From Eledone cirrhosa (lineage: Eukaryota), in contig OZ024742.1 in assembly GCA_964016885.1 (NCBI GenBank), forward strand, positions 306,032,001 to 306,096,000: a stretch of 64,000 bases of DNA, read 5' to 3'. Shown here piece after piece: positions 1 through 12,312 of this stretch; position 1 is the first letter of the stretch, and the number at the start of each line of letters is the position of its first letter. The notes beneath the pieces are model-generated. The model was given only the letters and a program-made list of their open reading frames with translations. It searched no databases and was not told the DNA's origin. The translations under genes were made by a program, and so were the position numbers.

Positions 1-285
1 AGTGGGGTCTGGTAGTTATAGCGTTGGATTTACGATCATAATGTCATGGGTTCAATTCCTGGTCCGTGTGGTTCCGTTGTGTTCTTTCGCAAAACAGTTC
101 ATATCCCGTTACTCCAGTATACTCATTTGAATCTGAGTGCAATCAGGAGCTGAGAGTTTAACTTCTGATAGAATGGGGTCCTGTCCTGAGATGTCTTTTA
201 CTAACAGTTGCTTACATTGATGAAACCCGAATAACAACCGGTAAGTTGAACCTCAAGGCTTCGGACAGACTTTAACCATTTTTAT
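1..285 (+). mobile_element. tRNA-derived SINE (CORE-like), degenerate
   Basis: Box-B-like GGGTTCAATTCC near 48-59 after a box-A-like TGGTAGTTATAGCG, followed by CORE-like TTGTGTTCTTTCGCAAAACA; ends in a T-rich tail. Confidence 0.5.
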
Positions 286-589
286 CTTTTAGTAGATAGA
301 GTAGGCGATGAAATCTTGGGGATGCTCTACAGATGTTCTGGGTGTCATTAAATAATGAACACAGCACCCCTTTCCTCTGGGAAACGTTGAATTGGGGATT
401 ACGGAAACAAGTTTTTCACGTAGCAGTGCCAGCGGGAGGGGGAGTATTACTACCTGAAGACAAAATCTACAACAAGCACGGCTTCCCGCTCTTGCGGGCC
501 TCTCCGAGTTTTGCTTATACAGATAATCTTGTTAAACAGATATCAGCACGTTTAAGGATGATTCGTGATGATTAGCACCTCTAGTCTGA

Positions 590-812
590 TGAAGCTGGTA
601 ATGTTGATGATTATGATGATGAAGAAGACGACGATGAATATGATGATGATTAGGGTGATGATGACGATGATGATGACGATGATGATGATGATGCAGATGA
701 TGATTATGATGATGATGGTGAGAAGAAGAAGAAGAAGAAGAAGAAGAAGAAGAAGAAGAAGAAGAAGAAGAAGAAGAAGAAGAAGAAGAAGAAGAAGAAG
801 AAGAAGAAGAGA
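590..812. repeat. (ATG)n then (AGA)n microsatellites
   Basis: Directly visible; explains the poly-M/R/S/H ORFs. Confidence 0.95.
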
Positions 813-1259
813 ATGTCTCGAGAAACCTTGTCATGAATGCCGTCTTGTTAATATTTTTGTTATTTCATTCGATAATGTTTGTGTTTTTGTCTATATGTGA
901 TAGATATTTCTCTTTATAATTCTGCTGCAGTTGTCGTCTATTGTTGCTATTTTTATTGTTTCTATTGTTGTTGATGTTTGTTGTTATTTTTGTAGATTCA
1001 GAAAATTATTTTATGATGATGCTCATCGAGGCTGCATATTATTGATATAGGAATACAGTCATCTTGCTCGTGTAGTAGTTGTAGTTGTTGTTGTTGTTGT
1101 TGTTGTACCGTTTTAGCAAATGGGATTATTATTGTTGTTATTGTTACAAAAATAAGGTATTTTTCAAATGAAGAGATTGAAAAAAATACACGCAAATTTA
1201 AATCAAAAGATATTATTTCAAATGTCAAAACCACTTTAAGTTTCAGACTTTTGTTTAGA

Positions 1260-2900
1260 AACGCAGGAGAAAGGGAAAGATGGGGAGGCAGAGTGAAAAG
1301 GGGAGGAAGAAGTGGGAGTAGAAAAAGAAAGAGATGAAATAGATGAAGGGGAGGAAAGAGATGCAATGGAATGAGGGTGAGTAACGTGAGTTAGAGGGTT
1401 AAAGAGAGGTAAATTGAGAGAAAGACGGCGAAATCGGGTAAAATAATAGGAAAGTGGGATAAAGAAGCGGATGATGAGGAAAGAGTTGTCAAAAATGAAA
1501 TTCGGCTAAAGAGGCTTAAGAGGTAGAAATATGTTGAGAGAAAGGCGAAAGACGGTGACAGTGTGCCAGAGAGGGAAAAAGTGACATATAGTGAAAAGAG
1601 GGAGAAGTGGAAAGGTGGACTGGGGGAAAGATGAGCAAAAGTTTTGTAAGGTGGGATAAATATGTCGAATGGCACCGAATAATGACGAAAGTAGGCGAAG
1701 GAAGGCGAAAAGACGGAGAAAGAGAGCATGGAGAGGAAAAAGAGGTTAGGGGAGGAAAATGAAGGCAAAAAGAGGAGCAATGATGAATGTGTTTGAAGCA
1801 TGAAATAGGGAACTTTAAAAAAAGTAAAATACTGCGAAGAAAACCGAAAGAATAATAAGATGAAACTGAGAAAAATGGGGCAGAGGGATAAAAGGGGAAA
1901 GATGCTGGGAATAAGGGACATGGGTGACGAGAAGGGGAAGGAAAGTGAGCTAAATTAGGATAAAAATAAGGAAATTTAGATAAAATGGACGAAGATGATA
2001 AAAGAAGGGTAAGGAAGGAAATTAATGAAGGGAAGGAAGTAGATAAAGGGGAGGAAAGTGAGTTAAAGGAGGGCAAAGTTGGCCAATGTTGAAAAATAGC
2101 GATTATAACTGAAAGTAGGCGAAAAGACAAAGAGGGCCAAAGGAGGAAGAGAGGTGAAGGGGAGGAAATGTGCAAAAGACATAGGTAATTAGGGGAAACA
2201 AAATTTAATAGATTGGAAGTAATAGTGTGAAAGTGAAATAAGTCGAAAGAATGCGTAAAGTATGGGAAGTGTGGGATGGGAACGAAGTAGAGGAAGAGGT
2301 GAAAGGACATAAAAGAGAGAAGAATATGAGACAATGAGGGATAAAATGGGTTAAATAAGTCGAAAAATGTCGACTGAGGGTGAAAGAAGGCAAAAAGAAG
2401 GAGAAAGATGTGATGAGATGGAAGTGGAGAGGGAAAGTGAGGCAAAGGAAGGAGAAGAAGGATTTAGAAAATGTAATATTGTTGGATAAATATAGCTAAA
2501 GGCGGATATAGATGCCTAAAGATAGCGATTAAGGCCGAAATTAGGCAAATAAATGCGAAAAGATGCATAAAGGGGGCAAGAGGAAAAACGAGAGAGAAAG
2601 GGAGGATGAAGTAGAGGGGGGAGGAGAGGAAAGATAGGAAATTAACTAAAATTGCGATGGATAGGCAAATTTAGATAAAGGAGACTAAAATGGGGAGGAG
2701 GGCGTGAAAGAGAGGAAAATGAGGAAGGGGAGCAACATGGGATAAATTAGTATACATTGGGATTAAATAAATAAAATGTACGAAATATGAGGAAAGACAC
2801 CGATATGGGAAAAGAGGAAGAATTAAATGGTAGATGCGGTGGTGGGGGTGGGGGTTTAGAAGGAAAGTCTGATAAAGATGGGTATAAAGATGGGTAACAG
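1260..2900 (+). repeat. Purine-rich (G/A) low-complexity tract
   Basis: About 1.6 kb strongly A/G-biased with no clear periodicity; the minus-strand ORFs are F/L/S/P-rich compositional artefacts. Confidence 0.8.
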
Positions 2901-3129
2901 TTGATGTATTGGATAACATTTTATACAGTATTACTAGTTGAATAAAAAACACAGCAAATACATGATGAAATCTTACATAATTAATTTTCAACTCATTTTT
3001 GTATCATAAATGATATTAGATACACAAGTATTTAAATATATATACATGCATTTAACTCGCTTTTCCACATGCTATTATCTTCTAAATATCCAGGAAATAT
3101 CATACATTATACCTTCTTCCTGAAATACC

Positions 3130-4190
3130 GTGTTGCTATTGCATGGGTTTCTTGATAGAATCGCTCTCCTTGCTCTTCGCCAAGCTTTTATGAGAAGAAA
3201 TGTAAATGACATTTGAGAAGGAGCCGAACCGTTTTAATGACACACAAAAGTCCCTTTCTTCATAGGAATTAAGGAGGTTCTCAATGCTATGCCAAATGCA
3301 GACAACTTCATGTTCTTCAGAAAGGTGTTGCATAGCTAGTTAAAATTCCTGTTAGGCTATTCAAATGAAATGAAGGATTATTCAAATTCAATATAATTCA
3401 ACATCTCTTTGAAACACTTTCCCACAAATACTCCCTTCTTTAACTAAGCCACACGCCTATTTGTGAATATTTTTAGTAACGTACTGAAATATTCATGAAT
3501 TGATTTTAACCATTTCTTTAACAATGCTTTCCATAAATCCAAGTATATGAAGCGTTGTTGTAAATGTATTCTCTTCATGAACCAAAGGAATAGATTGGCA
3601 TCTGTTCATTCCTGTGACATATGTTGATGTTAGTATCAAGTTGCGTTTAATATAGTGAAGTGTGGTTTCACAACTGTTCCATAGGCATGAGAAAAATCAG
3701 TATGTTCCGAGTCTTACTTGAATACAAATTAGCATATCAGTTTCTTTAAGTTTTCTATAGATTTTCCAATGATGAACACCGCATTGAATTTTATCAAGTT
3801 CTATATCAATGCTATACTATGTCTATTTCAGGTGGACAGATTTGGATATGGGATGCATGGCTTCACATTGTCTCAATTCCGCTAGGACTGATTTCACCAT
3901 ACTTTATGATGAAACAACGAAGTGATACAAGCCAAATTCTACAGGAGCAAGAGACGAGTGTATGAATCGTTCATTAAAATCATTGTTATAGTAGGTTGGA
4001 CAATCTACTGCAAGCTACATTGCCAATTTATAGTTTTACACCTATTTGAAATTCACACATGTCGATGATGTCAATTACCTTTTGTCATTCTTGAGATTAG
4101 AAGGTTTGCCTTCTCTTTTGACAGCAGCAACTCTTGACAATATAATTAAAATTGTCTTTAGTAAAGAATCGTAACTCAAAACCCTCTTCA
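3130..4190 (-). pseudogene. Possible highly decayed hAT (Charlie/GTF2IRD2-like) transposase remnant
   Basis: Broken minus-strand peptides loosely resemble hAT motifs (YSQIGVWLS ~ HTxVRWLS; NSYEERDF ~ SYLVERxFS); many stops and frameshifts. Confidence 0.25.
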
Positions 4191-4383
4191 GGTGTGTGTA
4201 CGAGACATGTAGAAGGTTAAAAAAATACCATCAATTGCTTTCTTACCACTCCCCAGTTCCTGGTTTATGGAAGAAAGATCAATATTTTTGCGGAAGTGAC
4301 CTGGTACTATTTTATTGTTTTGAAATAGTTTGGATAACAAACCAGGTTGTTTTTTTTGTTTTTTCATGTTTGGATAGCAAATC

Positions 4384-4477
4384 TTTACGGGGTCGATAAA
4401 ATAAAGTACCAGTAATGTACTGGATAATTGCTGGCCTTGTGCCTAAAGTAGAAACAATTATTATTATTATTATTATT
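4384..4477 (+). mobile_element. SINE 3' half with (ATT)n tail
   Basis: TTTACGGGGTCGATAAAATAAAGTACCAGT...TTGCTGGCCTTGTGCCTAAAGTAGAAACA(ATT)n, repeated at about 10240, 36240, 55700 and 56280. Confidence 0.85.
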
Positions 4478-4750
4478 GTTCTTTGAGTCTCAGTCATTGA
4501 TGTTAGTTAACTGGAAAGTTTGTTGAAATGAATGTCAAGCCACTACCTGCAGCCTCAGATATTCAGGACGTATCGGAGGGTTCTTGCTGTTCCCAGCAAG
4601 CATGCCTTTTGAAGCGTTCCAAAAAGCGTGGCGGGGCCAATTTTCTTTAACCATCCCTGGAAACTTTTTGAGATAGTACCTAGTGCGCCTATGACAATCG
4701 GGACCACTTTGACTTCAGGGCAGTTCCAAATCCTTTTTACCTCCCACTTT
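4478..4750 (-). mobile_element. 5'-truncated R4/Dong-like (RLE-type) non-LTR retrotransposon 3' end
   Basis: Minus-strand translation EVKRIWNCPEVKVVPIVIGALGTISKSFQGWLKKIG...LQKACLLGTARTLRYVLNI* (stop 4555-4557), typical of the R4/Dong C-terminus; (TAA)n on both sides. Confidence 0.8.
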
Positions 4751-4991
4751 ATTATTATTATTATTATTATTATTGAATGCCATGGTTGACGGAGGCTCGG
4801 CTCTGTAAGGTATAGTAATTTTTAACCGCTATAACAATTGTAAATTGTTTAAAAGTTTAACCAAATTGTAGATAAAAACACCCTCCTCCTCGTGAGAGGG
4901 GTCTTTCTGTCCGTTATTTGGCCCTTCGGGATTATATAAACGCTTATTGGGGTTTTGTACCCAATATTCATTTTAAACCCCCCAAAAAAAC

Positions 4992-7051
4992 ATGGCTACA
5001 AAAAAGAATTTTCACAAGTCACTCCCACTCATTCCGTCTTCTTCTTCCTCAATCTTCACTACATCAGAGAGAAGATTGTCTCTCTCCTTCCCTTCTCTAA
5101 ATGTGTCTCCCTCCCTCCCTTCTCTTTTGCAAGCGACGCCAGTAAAGAAAAATAGTTTCCAAAATCACGTGCAAAACGTGGAACATTTCTCCACGACGAC
5201 GACAACGACGAAAAAGGTGTGCGGTAAATACGAAAACCAATTTCATTCGTCTGACGTCATGAATAATAGCAGTAGCAGCCGTAATAACAGCAGCAGCAGC
5301 AACAGTGACAAGGAAAACAACAGTAGCAGCCGCAACATCATCAGCAGCAGCATAAACAACAACAACCACAGCAACAGCGGCGGCGGCAGTCGTAGTACCA
5401 GCAGCAACAACAAAAGTAACAGCAGCTCTGACGACGACAACAACAACAACAACAGCAGCAAAGAAAAACCAATCTCATTTGCAGGTATCGCAAAGAACCT
5501 GGAAACCATCCTCATAACAAATGAGGAATTACAGGAAGCAAAGAAGATGCAAGGCAGGCGAAACATTTTTCGAAACCCAACAGCACTGTACAGTCACGTA
5601 CCGTACAGTAAACACAAAATACCGTAGGGTTGAAAGGGCCACAGAGACTCAAATACAAAAAGCCTTAGGGTCTGTGTGGCAGCGGAAAACGCATATCACC
5701 CGAGGCAAGAAATATGCCACCGTGGACGTGCTTTTTGCCATACCCCAGGAGGCAAAGGCTCAATCCTTAGTGACCCTAAGAAGCGAGGAAATGGTGTTGG
5801 TGCCCTCCTATTGCTGACACAAAATTGTGAGGGTCAAACTGACCCCCCCCCCCCCGGGAATGCCCCTTCTTGTCTGGCCGCGTTTGTCCTCGTCGAATCG
5901 AGGACAAAACAACTGTACTGCAAGTACAGAAAAAAGTACGAGATGATTGGGTCGGCACCTCCATTGAGATGTTAATCCAAACCAACCAGGAGTGCATCGA
6001 AGATATCCCGGATGTGATAGACTTCGATAACGGCACTCAACTGCCCATAAGTGTTGAGGGCAGACGCCCGAAATGATTTCGCTGTGGATCGAAGACTCAC
6101 CTCGGGGCCTTCTGCAATGAGAACACCCTGGAGAAATCCCCCTCCTTCCGAAACCGGCTCCACTGCTACCAGCAGCAGGATAGGCGGCAAGCAGGAAGGA
6201 TAGGTCCCTGGCACTCATACCCACGCCACGGAAATCAAGAACAGCAGTAGCAGTGTAAGTATTAACAACAACAACAGTAATACCAACTGCAGCTGCAACA
6301 GAGACTCCACTGCAAACATCACCAACGACAACAAGTAAAAGAATAGGGCTGGTACCCCTCCCCGACCTCACAGAATCGAACATGGAGTGTGAGGTGGGAG
6401 AGGGATGGCAAAAGGTCGCAAGAAGGCACAAACAGGAAGCAGCGCATCATCGCCTTCGAAAAGGAAGGGAAGAAACGAAATAAGAGTAAAGGCTACTGCA
6501 AAAAGTTTACAGCAGCAACACCACCAACACCATCACCACCCACACTAGCATCACCATCACCACCGGCGGCAACCCCACCGCCAACAACAACAACACCGCC
6601 AACAACAATAACACAAGCACCAACATCGCAAACACAACAAAACACACACATCCAACAACAATGACAAGAAAATAGCAGAACCTCACCGCACCCCCAAAAA
6701 AACAAATGCACAGCAATAAATACACACAACAAGAAAATAATGACTTACATAATTGAACACACAGACATTTCACAGCACGAATACATAATACCAGCACCAA
6801 TCAAAACACCAACGAACATAAGACTGGTAAGAATAGCACAGAAACAATACACAAACATTAAAACGAAATTCCCCAACGCAGTTGGTGATTTCAGAGACCT
6901 AGGAGGGACACTCAACCGGAGATTATATTCAGATATACTCACAGAAGAGCCGACGACCAGCCGAAGGGGCGATTCAACGGTCCCTTCACCAGACGATCAA
7001 ATAAAAAGGGATGGTGAAACTATCCTTCCCCTGAGAGAAGAAGTAAGGTAA
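4992..7051 (+). pseudogene. Tx1 ORF1 (RRM-like + decayed CCHC knuckle + P/T-rich linker), frameshifted
   Basis: Fragments CTVTYRTVNTKYRRVERATETQIQKALG, IPDVID...VEGRRPK*FRCGSKTHLGAFC and C-terminal LPLREEVR are homologous to the 496-aa ORF at 42865. Confidence 0.85.
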
Positions 7052-7085
7052 GTGGTCTTTCCTATCTTTTCCACACCATTTCAAC

Positions 7086-9898
7086 ATGACCTCACTCAGA
7101 ATAGGCAGCATAAATGCGCGTGGCTTGGGGTCGTTATGGAAGCAGGGCTACCTGCTCAACGACCTCAGGTCACTAAACATAGATGTAGTGGCCATCAGCG
7201 AGACCAGAATCTCCGAAGCACGAGCCTTCGCACCGATCTTCGGCGGCTACGATGTGTACGCATCTCCCAGCCGTCCGGGATAGGGGGAAGGAGTTGCTGT
7301 GCTTTTTCGGAGAGGTTTGGATCTCGCCATACGGGCCATCTTCCTGGACCCAGAAGGTAAGTTGGTGGTGCTGGACGTGACCAGCGGAGAAGGGCAAGCT
7401 TTCAGGCTAGTGGCCGTCTATGCCCCGACAGGAGCAGGGCGGCCTGATTTCTTCCGGTGTCTGGAGACCTTTCTAGGAAACCCGCTCTTTAGTGTTAGTG
7501 GGTGACTGGAACGGGATCTTAGATGCACGCTGGGACTGTGTGGGATTAGCGGATAGGGGAGGAGGGTGCAAGAGCCTGACCAACCTGCTCAGGCGTTTTG
7601 AACTGTCTGAGAGGTACCGATTGGAATTCCCGAATGTGCCAATGTGGACTTGGACAAATCGTATAGGGTCATCCAGATCATATCTAGATAGAGTATTTTG
7701 TAAGAAAATAGATAGGTCTAGCATAGGCTGTCCACAATTCAAGATAGTCAGCTACACGGACCACACATTCGTGATCTGTGTGCTTGACTTAGATAGGCTT
7801 CATAGACGAGGACCCAGCTACAGGGAGCTAAACGCGTCCTTACCAGCGCGCAGGGCCTACAGAGACCAGATTAGCGAACTAGTTAAGCGGGCGTTGACGG
7901 GGGCCATCGTCAACAACAAGTGGTGGTTTGCTCTGAAAAGAGCGATTAGAATAGAGTCCATTAGGTTTATTAAGGCTTTAGCAATAGAGAAAAATAGAGC
8001 AGAGTGAGAACTAGTTAGAAAATTAGACGAGGCGCTTAGCAAAGGTATCGCGACCGACGTACTTGCGGCGAAATTGGCCCTCGACAAATTCTTCAATGCA
8101 AAGCACGAAGGCTGCATTGTCAGAGCTAGGGTGCGTGCTCTAAGACACGAGGGGACGAAAGCCGTTCAATGGGCCCGAGTGGCGGAGGCGAGTCGTGACA
8201 CAGAGCCACGATCCGGTCTTTGGGGGACCACGACGGGCGCATGCTACTCGATCTCGGGCAAATGTGTGAAGTTTTCCAGCGACACTTAGCCCAGCTGTTC
8301 GGGGGCAGCGGCAGGCTGAATCGAGGGATGGACTTTAGTGTCTACCTCGACGGACTGCCGCGGCTCTCGGCTACTGAGGCGGAGTGTTGCGAAAAGCCGT
8401 TAACAGCCGCTGAAATAAGGGAGGCATTGACTGGCTGCATAAGGGGTAAATCGCCTGATTTGGATGGTCTGCCCTATGAACTTTACGTACAGGTGCCAGA
8501 TTGTTCGGAGACCTCTTGGCGGAGGTCTACTGCAACTGGCAACAGAACGGGAGAATTCCGAGCTCTGTGAGCCGAGGAGCTGTGGCGCTACTGAGAAAGG
8601 ATCCGAACAAGGGGGATAACATAGATAATTTCAGGCCCATAACTCTGGTAAACGCAGAGTTCAAGATTTTGGCCAAGGTGCTAGCAAAGAGGTTGGCGCT
8701 TGTCGTTGGTGGTCTGGTGGGAGAGGCGCCATTCCCGACAGATCCATCCAGGACAACCTGATGTGATACATCGTAGAGAGGGTAGCTAGGGAACCTGGCA
8801 CGCGTGGGTCCTTCATCAATTTTGATCAGTCGAAAGCTTTCGATAGGGTAGACCATCGTTACCTAGCGGCAGTCCTGAAGGCGGCTGGCTTTGGGCCCGT
8901 CTTCAGAAGCTGTAGCGCTGCCATGCACATCTGCTCTGTGGTGAGAGTGAACGGTCACCTTTCGGAACCGTTCAACATCATGCGCTCTGTCCGCCAAGGA
9001 TGTCCCTTCCCGTCCCTCTTGTACGTATTGACTCTCGAGCCAATACTGCACAAACTGCAGACGTTGAGGAGGGTCCCGTCCGAACTAGGATGCGTAAGAT
9101 CCGTGTCAGCATATGCGGACGATGTCACCGTATTGGTGTCGAACGCCAAACAGATCGAGGCGATCGGCACTACACTAAGAGAATACGAAGCGGTGACAGG
9201 AGCAATGATCAACCTGGAAAAGTCAGTGGGCCTGCAGCTCGGCACCTGGAGAGGCAGGTCCATGCCGTCCAACAGCGTCGTCGGGCGCTGGACGGACAGA
9301 CCAGTTAAATTGCTAGGGGTCTGTTTCGGTCCGAACCTCCAGACGGACAAAAACTGGGACGAGCTGACGAGCAGGGTGGCTTCTCTCACCCAGAAATGGG
9401 CGGAGAGGAAGCTATCCCTGAAAGGTCGAGCGGAGGTGACTAACGCGTACATCGCGTCCGTCATCTACTACCGCCTGACCGTCTTACCTTATCCTAAGCC
9501 CCGCCTGAAACCGTCCTGCACGCACTCGTCCAGTGTCCGAGCATTGCTGACTTGTGGGTTTATGTCGAAGACCTGCTGTCACGTGTAGGACAGATCCAAC
9601 TATCAGCTGAGTCCATCGTGAGGATTGCCCCGCCCTCTTCCTTTAGCCGGGAAGGGCAGGCAGTTTTTATCTGTCTGGTGACCATGGCGAAAGAGATTGT
9701 ATGGTGGACACGTTTGAAAGGGCTGAAGACGAGCACTTACCTCTTCGGTGATGCCCTGATTAACTTTTTCAAATTTCATTTGAAAGGAAAATCAGGGTAG
9801 AGAGGGAAGTGCTCCCTTCCCAGCATTTTGTTGAAAGATGGGTGAGAGAAGCAAGTATGGCCAGAGTGAATGGGCCTACTCTGAGTATGTGTCTGTAA
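7086..9898 (+). pseudogene. Tx1 ORF2 (AP endonuclease + reverse transcriptase), disrupted, with an internal deletion of about 580 bp at ~9507
   Basis: SINARG, DVVAISETR, VGDWN, SYLDR, YTDH, NFRPITL, SVRQGCP and YADD motifs; multiple stops and frameshifts. Confidence 0.93.
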
Positions 9899-10174
9899 AT
9901 TAAAGGTGGAAAACTGGGAGAGGGCATTTGGCCTGGTGGTCAGAGTCACTGTGGCCTTTTAATGGGCTTTCCCACAAATGTCCCTCGGAAGTCTCCCCCC
10001 TATTGGGGAATTTTTCATTGTTGTTTTTTATTACATCCTCTGTTTTTTTTTTAACGCAGAAATGCCCATTTGTACCGTCCTGTATTGTCCTGTAGTGTCC
10101 TTAATGTCTACTTTATGTAACCCCTTGTGGTTAATAAAGAAAGCATTATTATTATTATTATGACTATTATTATT

Positions 10175-10323
10175 TGCAGCGTAGTTACGTCCCTTTACGG
10201 TCTGAGTTAAAATCTATTCGAGGTTAACCTTGCCTTTCGTCTTTACGGGGTTGATAAAATAAAGTACCAGTAATGTACTGGGTATTTGCTGGCCTTTTGC
10301 CAGATGTAGAAACAATTATTATT
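10175..10323 (+). mobile_element. tRNA-derived SINE
   Basis: CTGAGTTAAAATC box-B-like motif, GGTTGATAAAATAAAGTACCAGT body, TTGCTGGCCTT...AGAAACAATTATT end. Confidence 0.85.
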
Positions 10324-11579
10324 TGCGAAAGGTCATTAACATCCACGCTACAAAGTTAACAGTTTGTATGCTGATGTTTTGTTTCCCTTCATATAAAGAT
10401 TCTAGCAAAATTCATTGCTTGTCTCTTTTTGTTTAACCAATCAAGTCGTTCACTGAAACAAATAGAGCAGAATCGATGTGGTACTTACTTCTTTGTTCAG
10501 TCGCATATATGACAACCAGTGTGTAACTGGTTCATAAAATCGGAGTTGATTGTTCGTCATCGTATTCCACAAGTATGACATTATGATTAAATGTTTAAAG
10601 CTAATGATCTGAAGAAAATATTCAAAATATAATTATTCAGAAAAATAATCGCTTTTATCTCGTAAACTATATGTGCTGCCAAAAACATGACAAAAAAGTA
10701 AGCTAATTCTGAAGTTAGCATAAACACATCCATACACGTGTATACCTGTCGTTGTTTAGTGCTATGATGGATTTCAACTTCATTTGCGCTGAATCACCTT
10801 CAGCGTACTAATCAATTTGAAATTAAAATAACTGCAGGTAAATGAAAAAAATAGTAGAATGTTTAGCAGAAGAAGAACACGTTATTTAGAGAATAAAGGA
10901 TTTTCAAATTCTACTTGTTTGCCAAAAGTTCTACTACATAGATTGATGTAGTCAGTGGAGGAGAAGTTAAAATCAATGTCAGTTTTATCGAGTAAGAGAA
11001 AGAAACACGAGTTAAAAACATGCAAAACAAATGGTAGTAAAATGAACAAAATTCATAATTAATAAAATATGACAAACAAACGAAGTGTCCCTCCTACGCT
11101 TACGAAACAAGCGACAGGGAAGAGGAAAAGAAAGAAAGCCGAAAGCAGAGAGAGTGAGGAAGTAGAAGTACAGGATATTAAAAAAAACGAAAGACTTCAA
11201 AAGGAAAAAAGAACGAAAATCACAAAAAAAGAAAAGTTTAAAAAATAATTAAAAAAATATAAAGATTAAAACAGTATACCCATGACAGAACCCATATCAA
11301 AGTCGATAAAAACTAAGCAATGACCAAAGCCATCCTCAGCCTCATTTCACTCTCGGACTTCATTGAATATGCGATTTTGCATATAGTATTTCTGTTTTAT
11401 ATTTTTATTAACTGTCTTTGGCTAACACATGATTTGCAACGTATTTGCTCTTCTGATTTATTCATACACATTATTCGCTGGTGCACACCTGACCCTTCCC
11501 CCCGATTTGTTGAAAGATATATATGTATTAACGTAATTAAAAGATCTTATATTTTTGAATAAATACAGCTGTGAATTAT

Positions 11580-12312
11580 CATTATCGTTAGAGTACTGGG
11601 AAAATGTTTTGCGGTATTTAGTTACAATTGCCTACGTTCTAGGCTGAAATTCCCCGCGAGGTCAATTTTACTTTTCATCTTTTTGGGACGAAAGATAATC
11701 AGAAGAAGTGGGGGTACGCGTAAAAGACAAACGCGATGTCTTCAATACGGTATCCGTGCCAACCCTTACCTATGGTCATGAATCTTGGGTAATGACCGAA
11801 TGTATAACGTTATTACCAGAAAGTCAGTCCAGTTAGAGCCGCTTTTCTCCGAATTGAGATATCACTGCTCCTATACTATGGGCATGTGGTAAGAAATTCT
11901 CAGGAAAGAATCACTGGACAGATTTTACGGGCAAAACAACCGGCCGTAGACCCAGGTGGAAACCCTGAGCAAGACGGTTATATAACATCAATGAGCTTGG
12001 GTAGTCTGAATTGGGGATCCAGCCGGATCTGTTGGAGACTGCTGTTTCTGACAGGCCTCGCTGGAAGGTGTGTTTGAGGTGCTCTACCCCCACGACCCTC
12101 TGAAGAAGAAGAAGAAGAAGAAGAAGAAGAAGAAGAAGAAGAAGAAGAAGAAGAAGAAGAAGAAGAAGAAAAAGAAGAAGAAGAAGAAGAAGAAGAAGAA
12201 GATCCTTCTTAGATTGATAAAATAAAGTACAAGTTAAGTACTGGTGTTAATATAATTAACTTTCCTTTTCCCCAAAATTGCTGGCCTTGTGGCAATGATA
12301 GAAAGAATTATA
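11580..12312 (+). mobile_element. SINE split into a 5' half (~11580-11690) and a 3' half (12201-12312) by an RTE insertion
   Basis: 5' half ends ...CTTTTCATCTTTTTGGGA; 3' half resumes GATCCTTCTTAGATTGATAAAATAAAGTAC...TTGCTGGCCTTGTG. Confidence 0.75.
11700..12200 (+). mobile_element. 5'-truncated RTE-clade LINE 3' end with (GAA)n tail
   Basis: Translation VFNTVSVPTLTYGHESWVMT...YYGHVVRNSQERITGQIL...GRRPR matches the RTE RT C-terminus; (GAA)n at 12102-12200. Confidence 0.8.

Larger units (their letters stand above)
4775..10160 (+). mobile_element. Tx1-clade non-LTR retrotransposon, copy 1 (full-length span, decayed, divergent ORF1)
   Basis: Starts right after (ATT)n at 4751-4774; ORF1 and ORF2 remnants; AATAAA at 10133-10138; (ATT)n tail from 10145. 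Confidence 0.93.

Noticed and set aside
532-2991. Long ORFs of 100-309 aa
   Set aside because: Products of (ATG)n, (AGA)n and purine-rich low-complexity sequence; no domain motifs.
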